The notes under the pieces were generated by a model. That model was given only the letters and a program-made list of their open reading frames with translations, had not been told where the DNA came from and made no database searches. Both the position numbers and the translations under genes were made by a program. Below, one piece after another: positions 1 through 7,659 of a stretch of DNA of 64,000 nucleotides. The stretch is from Planctomycetota bacterium (GTDB lineage: Bacteria > Planctomycetota > UBA11346). Every line of letters begins with the position of its first letter. Positions within the stretch are counted from its first letter, which is position 1. The DNA is taken from contig JBBQCI010000001.1 of the NCBI GenBank assembly GCA_038318565.1, forward strand, positions 42,724-106,723, read 5' to 3'.

Positions 1-1
1 G

Positions 2-505
2 GCGATCCAGCTGTGGGACGAGGACGGGGTCGGCCCACTGCTGATGCACGCCTGCACAGAGGACACCCAGCGGACTGCCGGCTGGCAGGCCAGTCTGCAG
101 GCTTCTGTCACCGCCGCCCTGGTCGCCATGGCCAGACGGGCCGCATCGCGGTGTTCGCCTCCGACAACTACCGCAGCGGGTGCTTTAGCCCGGATCAGCC
201 CTGCGCTGGCGGTGATGGGGCAGGACTTCGGCCAGCCGCTGCGCGTACCCGAGTTAGCCCTCGCCTGCAATCTGGGAGCGGTGCAGTTCCGCCGCATCTT
301 CCGCAAGGCGCTGGGCTCCACGCCGGTTAAACACCAACAAATTCTGCGCCTGGCAGAGGCTCAACGCCTGATTGCTGGCGGAGCGCTGGTGCGCGAAGCG
401 GCCGAGGCGGTGGGCTACCGTTCGACGGCTTGTCTGGACCGGGTGTTCCGGCGTCTGGCTGGCACCAGTCCAGGGCGTTGGCGTACCGCTACGACAACTA
501 CCTGA
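2..505 (+). CDS. AraC-family transcriptional regulator, C-terminal HTH domain; the 5' end lies outside the window
   Basis: The frame is open from position 2. The tail ELALACNLGAVQFRRIFRKALGSTPVKHQQILRLAEAQRLI...AVGYRSTACLDRVFRRLAGTSPGRW matches the tandem HTH_AraC signature. Confidence 0.7.
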   Translation, partial: AIQLWDEDGVGPLLMHACTEDTQRTAGWQASLQASVTAALVAMARRAASRCSPPTTTAAGALARISPALAVMGQDFGQPLRVPELALACNLGAVQFRRIFRKALGSTPVKHQQILRLAEAQRLIAGGALVREAAEAVGYRSTACLDRVFRRLAGTSPGRWRTATTTT

Positions 506-2141
506 CCAGGGGAACGCCTTCATAAGCCAGGATCAACGGGCCACGTCCAGCGAGGTTGGCCCAAACGGCTATGCATGCTGCACCTGGCACGAAAGTCGAC
601 GCATTGACCAGTCCAAGCCGTGCCGCCAGCCCACTGCCCTTGGGGAATCGTTCCAACGGCAATGGGGCGGGTTCGACGGCCAGCTCGCGGACGCGGGCGG
701 CCACGGAACTGAGCGTGCCCAAGCCATCGGCCAGACCATCGGCCACCGCCTGTTCCCCGGTGAACACACGACCCTGTGCTAGCTGGTCAACCCGGGCGCG
801 CAGCAGTTTGCGCCGGCTGGCAACCAGGTTACGGAAGCGGTCGTCGACGTCGGCGATGACCGTGCGATAAACGGCCTCTTTGGCATCATTCCAGCCGCCC
901 ATGCGCAGGATGTCCGCGTGCGGCGAACCCAGTTCGACATGGCGCTTCAGGCCAAGCAACCCGGCTGCACCATCGACATCGGGAACCAGGGCGAAGGCGC
1001 CGATGGATCCAGTTATGGTGGCGCGGTGCACCCGGATCTCTCGGGCGGCGCAGGCGATCCAATAGCCACCGCTAGCGGCCACCGCGTCCATCAAGCAGAC
1101 CACCGGCTTGACGGCATCAAGCCGACGCACCGCCTGATGAATGCGGTCGCTGGCCCCGGCGTCGCCGCCGCCGGAATCGATGCGCAGGACGACCCCGGCG
1201 ATCCGCCGGTCGTCACGCAGACGGTCGAGCATCGCTACGGTGTCGCCGTCGGCGACGGTATCGCCGGGCATTGAGCGTTCGCCTGGTATGATCATGCCGG
1301 CCAGTTCCACCACCGCGATGGCCCGCACCGGCCGGACGGCGGCATCACCGCCGATGATCTGGCCCCAGAAGCGCATGATTCCGGCGAAACTGCTGAGATC
1401 CGGTACGTCAGGACCGAAGCGGACCATGCGCATCGGCTGCGGCTGGGCAGCCAGCCAGGCTCCGGGCTCAACCAGACTCTTGACCAGACCAAGATCGCGG
1501 GCGATCGGCGCCGTCTGCAAACCGGAGGCTCGCACCTTGGCCAAGGCTGCGGCATTGAAATCCGGTCGCTGACTCAGGGAAATGACGATTTTGTCCAATC
1601 CGTCCAGCAATTGGCGCATTTCGACGCGCGATTCGTCGGTCGGACCCTCGCGGGTGAAGGATTCCGGAGCGGTCTTGTAGGGACCACTGGCAACGGCGTG
1701 AAAACGCACGCCGATACGACCAAGAGCGCCAGCCATGTACCAGTGCTCGGCAGCTAATCCTCGCACGGCCTGCATGCCAGCGATCGGCATGGCGATGTCA
1801 TCGCACGCAGCAAGCACCAGCAGAGCCGGATCCTCAATCTGATCGATCAGGCAGCTGACCGTCTTGCCAGGGGCACGCTCGCGCAGGACGGCGGCAATTT
1901 CTTCGGCCGCGGCCAGACCTGGACGAAAGCCGCGCGACAAGTCCAGGACCAGTCGAGGTTCAGGCGCCAGCAGGGCTTCACGCAGCTTCTGCGTCACCTC
2001 ATGCAGCGATGGTTCGCCGCCGCCAAGGAGACCCTCGGATGGGCGCAGGCCACAGCTGCCGGCCAAGGTCAGGTGCACGCTGCCACGCGCTTCGCCCGCG
2101 TGCGCGAGGACAGCGGCTAGGAGTGCGATCAACAAGCGCAT
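498..2141 (-). CDS. sppA: signal peptide peptidase SppA (S49 family, 67K type; protease IV)
   Basis: 547 aa with an N-terminal signal peptide (MRLLIALLAAVLAHAGEA). It contains the S49 motif GGYWIACAAREIRVHRATITGSIGAF and a duplicated ClpP/crotonase-like domain. It converges on the AraC gene. Confidence 0.85.
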   Translation of the reverse strand: MRLLIALLAAVLAHAGEARGSVHLTLAGSCGLRPSEGLLGGGEPSLHEVTQKLREALLAPEPRLVLDLSRGFRPGLAAAEEIAAVLRERAPGKTVSCLIDQIEDPALLVLAACDDIAMPIAGMQAVRGLAAEHWYMAGALGRIGVRFHAVASGPYKTAPESFTREGPTDESRVEMRQLLDGLDKIVISLSQRPDFNAAALAKVRASGLQTAPIARDLGLVKSLVEPGAWLAAQPQPMRMVRFGPDVPDLSSFAGIMRFWGQIIGGDAAVRPVRAIAVVELAGMIIPGERSMPGDTVADGDTVAMLDRLRDDRRIAGVVLRIDSGGGDAGASDRIHQAVRRLDAVKPVVCLMDAVAASGGYWIACAAREIRVHRATITGSIGAFALVPDVDGAAGLLGLKRHVELGSPHADILRMGGWNDAKEAVYRTVIADVDDRFRNLVASRRKLLRARVDQLAQGRVFTGEQAVADGLADGLGTLSSVAARVRELAVEPAPLPLERFPKGSGLAARLGLVNASTFVPGAACIAVWANLAGRGPLILAYEGVPLVR

Positions 2142-2197
2142 GGGGAATTCCTTGGGGACGAAGATAGGACTTTTCGCAAGGCGGCAAACACCTGCTG

Positions 2198-2488
2198 TTA
2201 CAATCCTTTGCGACTGTAAGCTCGTTCGATCACTCCGCTCAGGTGGGTCTGGGCGTTACGCAGGTCGGTGGCATCCCCGTGCACGGCTGTAAAGAAATCC
2301 GCTCCTTGATCCGTCGGCTTGATGCCGACCAGGACAAAGCTCATACCCCCCAGGATGATCTGCACGGCTTTTCGCTGATCCTCGGTCAAACCGTCCGTTC
2401 CGCGCTCGGCCTCCGCCGGCGAAGTTGGCGCAGCCGGGGGTTTGGCAGCCCCAGCTACGCCCGGAAACTGGATGATCTTATCACTCAT
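2198..2488 (-). CDS. small hypothetical protein (about 96 aa)
   Basis: The ORF has consistent GC3 bias. I place the start at ATG 2488 (MSDKIIQFPGVAGAAK...). It lies upstream of sppA and co-directional with it. No family recognised. Confidence 0.35.
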   Translation of the reverse strand: MSDKIIQFPGVAGAAKPPAAPTSPAEAERGTDGLTEDQRKAVQIILGGMSFVLVGIKPTDQGADFFTAVHGDATDLRNAQTHLSGVIERAYSRKGL

Positions 2489-2675
2489 ACCCGTACGGTG
2501 GCACCGAATGCGGGTGCGCAACCTGGACCGGAGGCGGTGGGCCACTCACCCCCCCCGGTGACACACGCGCCCACTCCCTGTACTCTGCCACCCTTGGTCG
2601 CGGCCAACCAAAGCGCTAGCGTGCAGCCTTGCCCGGCTAGCTGCCGGTACGCATCCACCAGCGGGGATTCACGTT

Positions 2676-4529
2676 ATGGACAGCCATCAGGTCGCCTGGG
2701 GCCTCGACATCGGTCACTCGTCGATCAAGGCGGTCAAGCTCAGCCGCAATGGCAGTGACGTCACCGTACTCGGCTACGCCATCGAGCCCATCACCGTCGC
2801 GGAAGGTGGCGACCGCGATGCCGCCCTCCTCACCGCATTGCAGGCGATCATCGCCCGAGAGGAGTTCGGTGTCACGCCGGTCTTCGCCGCGATCAGCGGC
2901 AGGCAGGTGTTCACCCGCGCGGTCAACGTGCCGATGCTCAACCCCAAGCGCATGCATGCGATGGTGGAGCTGGAAGCCAAACAACAGATCCCTGGCAATT
3001 TCAATGAAGTCGAGTGGGGCTACCACAGCTCGCCGGCTCCTGACGGCGCCTCCCTGGATGTCGCCCTCTTTGCGGTCAAGCGCGAGATCATCCAGCAACT
3101 CATCACCAAGTGCAAAGGCGTTGGCCTCAATCTTGCCGGCGTCTCGGTCCCTTCGCTCGCGCTCTACAATTTCATCAAGTTCGACCAGCAGTTCCCAGAC
3201 GGAGAAGCGGTCATCATCCTTGATGTTGGCGCCGACAACACTGATCTCGTCGTCTACCAGGCCGACCAGCTGTGGATGCGCTCGCTGCCGGTTTCGGGCA
3301 ACGACATCACGCAGGTTTTCGCCAAGAAGTTCCGCGTTAGCGTCGCCGAAGCCGAAACGCTCAAGCGACAGGTCAACGATAGCCGCCAGGCCGACAAGAT
3401 CATCAAGGTGATCGAAAGTGGACTGACCGAACTGGTCAGCGAGATCAACCGCAGCATCGGTTTCTACAGGACGCAGAACACCAAGGCCGCGCTCGACAAC
3501 CTGGTGATCTCGGGGAACACCTTCCGCTTGCCCGGCCTGCCAGAATACATGGCCGAGAAGCTGCGCCTGACCATCAATATTCTCGAAGATCTCGATCGCA
3601 TCCAGGTCGCTGCGGGATTGGATCGTACCCACTTCATGCAGGACCTGCAGTGCCTTGGCGTTGCCATCGGGCTCGGCCTGCAGGCCACCGGCACCGCCCG
3701 CGCCAACGTCAACCTGATGCCCAGCGGCATGCAGGTCGAACGTCTGCTCAGCACCAAGAAATGGGCGGCAGCAGCGGTCATCGGCCTGCTTGGTGCAACC
3801 CTCTTCGCAGACTACTCCATCGCCAACAGCGCGGCGGAGAACAACGCCCGCTTGGCGACCAAGGTGACCCAGTACGCCAAGGACAACAAGGACCGCATGA
3901 AGCAGTCCGAGGCCGTCCTGCAAACCGTGCAGCAGCTGGCCCCGCAACTTGCCGCCTATGACGCAGTCGGGTCAAACCAGGGGCTGACCCATGCGGTCTT
4001 GTCAGGCGTCGTCGGAGTGGTCCAGACCATTGCCACCACCACCGAGATGCGCCCGGCAACCCCGGGCGGGGTGGGCGCGGCCGAACGATCGCCGCCATTG
4101 CAAGGCGCCTATCTCCGCCAGGTCGAGATGGGCGAACCAGCCGGCAACGGCAATACGGCCACCGCCACAGGCAACGATCCCTTCAGGCCGCTGGAGACCG
4201 AACGCATCGTCAACGTCCGGATCGACATCCCCGCCGGTGGCCGTCAAGGCGACATCCGGGCAGCCTTGCTGGATTCCCTGCGCAAGCTCCCGGTACCTGC
4301 GCACCTCCAGGATCTGACGCGTTCCCCCACCCTGTTCACCGATGTGCAGGTCCCAGAGGAGAAGGATGGCCAGGTCGAATGGTATTATCTCGACCGCGAC
4401 AACATCGATGAAGCCGGGAATGTGAAGCCGATCGAGGAGCGTCGTATGCTCTCCACCAGCATCACCACCTTCGTGTGCAAGCTGGCGACGTCTGCTGCAC
4501 CCGCCACTGCTCCGGAGGCCCAGAAGTGA
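2676..4529 (+). CDS. pilMN: type IV pilus / T2SS-like inner-membrane assembly protein, PilM-PilN fusion
   Basis: The N-terminal roughly 350 aa form an actin-like PilM domain (MDSHQVAWGLDIGHSSIKAVKL...). The conserved PilN N-terminal peptide (ANVNLMPSGMQVERLL) follows directly. After it come one TM helix (WAAAAVIGLLGATLFADY) and a PilN-like periplasmic coiled-coil and alpha/beta region. There is a GGGGA ribosome-binding site 8 nt upstream of the ATG. Confidence 0.7.
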   Translation: MDSHQVAWGLDIGHSSIKAVKLSRNGSDVTVLGYAIEPITVAEGGDRDAALLTALQAIIAREEFGVTPVFAAISGRQVFTRAVNVPMLNPKRMHAMVELEAKQQIPGNFNEVEWGYHSSPAPDGASLDVALFAVKREIIQQLITKCKGVGLNLAGVSVPSLALYNFIKFDQQFPDGEAVIILDVGADNTDLVVYQADQLWMRSLPVSGNDITQVFAKKFRVSVAEAETLKRQVNDSRQADKIIKVIESGLTELVSEINRSIGFYRTQNTKAALDNLVISGNTFRLPGLPEYMAEKLRLTINILEDLDRIQVAAGLDRTHFMQDLQCLGVAIGLGLQATGTARANVNLMPSGMQVERLLSTKKWAAAAVIGLLGATLFADYSIANSAAENNARLATKVTQYAKDNKDRMKQSEAVLQTVQQLAPQLAAYDAVGSNQGLTHAVLSGVVGVVQTIATTTEMRPATPGGVGAAERSPPLQGAYLRQVEMGEPAGNGNTATATGNDPFRPLETERIVNVRIDIPAGGRQGDIRAALLDSLRKLPVPAHLQDLTRSPTLFTDVQVPEEKDGQVEWYYLDRDNIDEAGNVKPIEERRMLSTSITTFVCKLATSAAPATAPEAQK

Positions 4530-5629
4530 AGCACCTCTACTGGATCGTGTGCGGCGTCACCATCGGCGTCATCCTCGTCGCCTGGTTCCTCGTTGTGCCC
4601 GCCGACAACGCCAGGGCGTCCAAACTGAAGCTCGACCAGCAGTCGAAGGACCTCAAGGATCTCGAGAAGCGTGCCGAGCGTGGCGATCCGCAAGGCGTCT
4701 TCGATGCCGAGAATTCGGCGGACACCCAGCGCCTGGCCAACGAATATCTGATTACCGAGAACTGGAAGCGGGTCCTGCAGCCGCACGTTGAGAAGTACGA
4801 GAAGCAGATGAAGGACCTCAAGGCCCAGTTGATGGGACGCGGAGCCTATCTGCATACCGTGGTTGCTCCGACGAAAAACACCCTGGAATGGTATAACGCC
4901 TACGCCACCGCTTCCGAGGCACTGGTGGTGCGTCTACGCGACGCCGGTTGTCTGCAGCGGGCCGCCGAAGACGAGATCCGTTCGGCTTCAGGCGAAAGTC
5001 CAGCGGCCGTCCGCAGCAGCGTCGGCCTGTTCACCCGCGCCGCTACATTCCCGGATCCCAGCCAGCATGCGCAGCTGACCACCAGATTGCGCGCCATGGA
5101 ACTGCTCGCCGACCGGCTCATCGAAGCCCGCCTCGCTGTGGCGAACAATCCGCTGATCGGCCCGACCGGCCGCAGCGAAGACCGAGCCAAGGCGGCCGCC
5201 GTGATTTTGTCCGTTGAATGGACTGCTGGCAGCGAGGCCGATGGCGGGGTGCGCAATCTGACCACCACCCTGTCCGGCCAGCTGCAGGCCCGCTCGGTCG
5301 GCTTGCGCCTGACACTTGAAGGGCCATTGAGCGCCCTCCTCGCCGCAAGCTCCACAATGGAACGCAACGCCGAGACGAATCGCCCCCTCGTCGCAGTGAC
5401 CTCAGCCAACCTCAGCCGGCGCGATAATGGCAAAGCCGGCGACCGTTTCGATATTGCTGATGACAACATCAGGCTGGTTCTGGCGGTCGAGATCATCGAA
5501 TTCGCCGAGACTGGAACCGGAACCGCTTCTGACAACGCGGCCAATACGCCAAGCGGTATGCCTCCGGCTATGGGGTCCCCCCCCGGTATAATGCCTGGCC
5601 GTCCACCTACGTCCCCCGGAGGCCGCTGA
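4526..5629 (+). CDS. PilO/GspM-like bitopic membrane protein with a Pro/Gly-rich C-terminal tail
   Basis: The GTG start overlaps the pilMN stop (GTGA). An N-terminal TM helix (LYWIVCGVTIGVILVAWFLVV) is followed by a coiled-coil and then an alpha/beta domain. The tail MPPAMGSPPGIMPGRPPTSPGG is proline-rich. I call it PilO-like from its architecture and its position after pilMN. Confidence 0.5.
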   Translation: MKHLYWIVCGVTIGVILVAWFLVVPADNARASKLKLDQQSKDLKDLEKRAERGDPQGVFDAENSADTQRLANEYLITENWKRVLQPHVEKYEKQMKDLKAQLMGRGAYLHTVVAPTKNTLEWYNAYATASEALVVRLRDAGCLQRAAEDEIRSASGESPAAVRSSVGLFTRAATFPDPSQHAQLTTRLRAMELLADRLIEARLAVANNPLIGPTGRSEDRAKAAAVILSVEWTAGSEADGGVRNLTTTLSGQLQARSVGLRLTLEGPLSALLAASSTMERNAETNRPLVAVTSANLSRRDNGKAGDRFDIADDNIRLVLAVEIIEFAETGTGTASDNAANTPSGMPPAMGSPPGIMPGRPPTSPGGR

Positions 5630-5630
5630 C

Positions 5631-7523
5631 ATGAGCGCCAAGACCTTTCTGATCGCCCATGGCGAGAAGCTCGCTGTCGCCGCCGTTGCCGGCGGCTGCA
5701 CCCTGGTGCTGATGGGCACGATCGACGACCCGACTATCCGCCCCAAAGACAACCAGGCGGCGATCGAGGCGATCAACGCCAAGATCGACGTCGTGTTCAA
5801 AAAGCAGAGCCCACCGGTGATGAAGGAGCCGCGCGCCTACCTCGACCAGCTCCTTGGCCGAATCGCGGACAGCGCGCCGACCACCCCAACGATGGCCTGG
5901 CTTACCAGTCCGCCTGACAAGGGCCGCGGCACAACGGTGATCGAAGGCAAGAATGTGCCACCCAGCGGCACCTACGTCTACATCTACGAACTGCTCGCCC
6001 CCACGGTGGCGCTTGAGGACGCGATCGGCTCGCTAAAAGTCAGCATCGCTCCACCGGTTGTTGCGGCCCAGGGCGCAGGCCGCCGCGTCACCAGCGAGGT
6101 CAGCCGGACCTGGACCCGCGACGACAAGGGCACGGTCACCAACACCGGACGCCACCTAGGCGTGCAGGTACAGATCAAGGTCGGCGACAACGACTGGAAG
6201 GCACTCGTGCTGCCCGGCGCCGGCAAGGATGGTGTGCTGCCGATCGACAAGCTGGCCAGCGCCCCAGTCACGATCCCGACTCCCGAGCCATGGCAACGCC
6301 ATCATCTCCGAGCTCGGCTGATCGCCGCAGCCACCGCCCTGGATCTTGATGCTAAGATCGAACGTCCCAAGCAGAGCGTCATCGTCTATCCTGGCGAAGC
6401 CTCCGCCGGGCCGACCGAGGACCAGGCCCTGCTCGATAAGGCCACGGCTCAATACGCAGCCAAGGATGGCGCACTATACAAGCTGTTCCTGCGTCCCTCC
6501 CCTGGCCCCCTGCCGACCAACAGCACACTGGAACCCGGCGAGAAGCTGTTCCTCGGTCCGTGGAGCCCGATCGCCAAAGTCGACGCCACCGCCAGTGTGC
6601 GCTTCGCCCTGGTTGGTCTCAGCACGGCTCCGATGGCGGAGGACCCGACCAAGACGCGCGACGTCGGACGCTTTTTGCTGCTGCGCCTGTTCCAGCAGGG
6701 CGAGGAGCGCAAATGGATGGAAAAACCTCTTGAATTGAAATTTGGCATCGGCGACGTCCTGGGCGTTAAGGGGGTAAAGATCGAGCATCCGTTTCTTGCA
6801 GGGAAGACGATTGAAGTCGATCTGATGACTCCCTTCGTCATCGACAAGCTAGTCAAGGATGAGAAGCGTGTCCTCTACTGGATGGTACGGGCAAAGACGC
6901 GTCCGACCGGCGGCAAGGACCGCGACCTAGAACTGTCGAACAAGGAAGTTCCAACCGATATCGTGGTACTGAAGAATCCGGAGACGGGCAGCGAGCTCAC
7001 CTTGACCAAGCTCATCAGCATCTCCCCGCCAAACCAGGCGAACGTGCAAGTCTACCCGTATCACGCCAGCCAGTACGTGGAGAAGGATGACTTCACCTCG
7101 GCGCCAAGCGAATTCCGCCAGTGGGGTCTGATCCCCGAAAAGCCCAAGGACTGGGCTCCCGGCAAAGGTCCGCTCGCGGAGCTATACAAGGCCAAGAAGG
7201 ACGAGGAGGCTCTCGACGCCGAAAGCTTCACCACCGACACCGCCTATTACGCCTTCCCTGATGGACGTCTGGTGTGGTGGGAACGGATAGAACACAAACA
7301 GATGGTCCACGACCCGGACGGCGTCCTGAGCGACAAGTCAGCTCTGCCCGCTCCGACCAAGACGGAACCGGCGCCGGGCCCAACCACAAAGCCGCCAGCT
7401 GGCATGCCGCCCACCGGTGCAACCAAGCCACCGGCTGGCTCGTCGCTGCCTCCTCCTGGAGGCATGCCACCCGGTGGCATGCCTCCCAGCTACACCCCAC
7501 CACCAGCACCGCCACGCAGGTGA
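5631..7523 (+). CDS. hypothetical 630-aa signal-anchored periplasmic protein, proline-rich C-terminus (occupies the pilP position)
   Basis: An N-terminal hydrophobic anchor (LAVAAVAGGCTLVLMG) is followed by a roughly 560-aa domain with no recognisable family. The C-terminal tail is PAPTKTEPAPGPTTKPPAGMPPTGATKPPAGSSLPPPGGMPPGGMPPSYTPPPAPP. It sits between the PilO-like gene and the first secretin. Confidence 0.5.
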   Translation: MSAKTFLIAHGEKLAVAAVAGGCTLVLMGTIDDPTIRPKDNQAAIEAINAKIDVVFKKQSPPVMKEPRAYLDQLLGRIADSAPTTPTMAWLTSPPDKGRGTTVIEGKNVPPSGTYVYIYELLAPTVALEDAIGSLKVSIAPPVVAAQGAGRRVTSEVSRTWTRDDKGTVTNTGRHLGVQVQIKVGDNDWKALVLPGAGKDGVLPIDKLASAPVTIPTPEPWQRHHLRARLIAAATALDLDAKIERPKQSVIVYPGEASAGPTEDQALLDKATAQYAAKDGALYKLFLRPSPGPLPTNSTLEPGEKLFLGPWSPIAKVDATASVRFALVGLSTAPMAEDPTKTRDVGRFLLLRLFQQGEERKWMEKPLELKFGIGDVLGVKGVKIEHPFLAGKTIEVDLMTPFVIDKLVKDEKRVLYWMVRAKTRPTGGKDRDLELSNKEVPTDIVVLKNPETGSELTLTKLISISPPNQANVQVYPYHASQYVEKDDFTSAPSEFRQWGLIPEKPKDWAPGKGPLAELYKAKKDEEALDAESFTTDTAYYAFPDGRLVWWERIEHKQMVHDPDGVLSDKSALPAPTKTEPAPGPTTKPPAGMPPTGATKPPAGSSLPPPGGMPPGGMPPSYTPPPAPPRR

Positions 7524-7659
7524 CGGTGAGAGTGACACCAGCAACGCCGGCGGGGTCTTCCCCCTCCGGCCCTCTGCTGTGGTCCTAGCATCCTCCAGAC
7601 CATCGTCGACGGCTGATCCAGCCGTCTCCCCGCCCCGAGCCTGACCAGAGGGACGCCCC

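Noticed and set aside
2637-3947. A 436-aa ORF on the minus strand, antisense to pilMN
   Set aside because: It lies entirely inside the well-supported PilM domain gene. It has no recognisable motifs. It is a typical high-GC antisense open frame.
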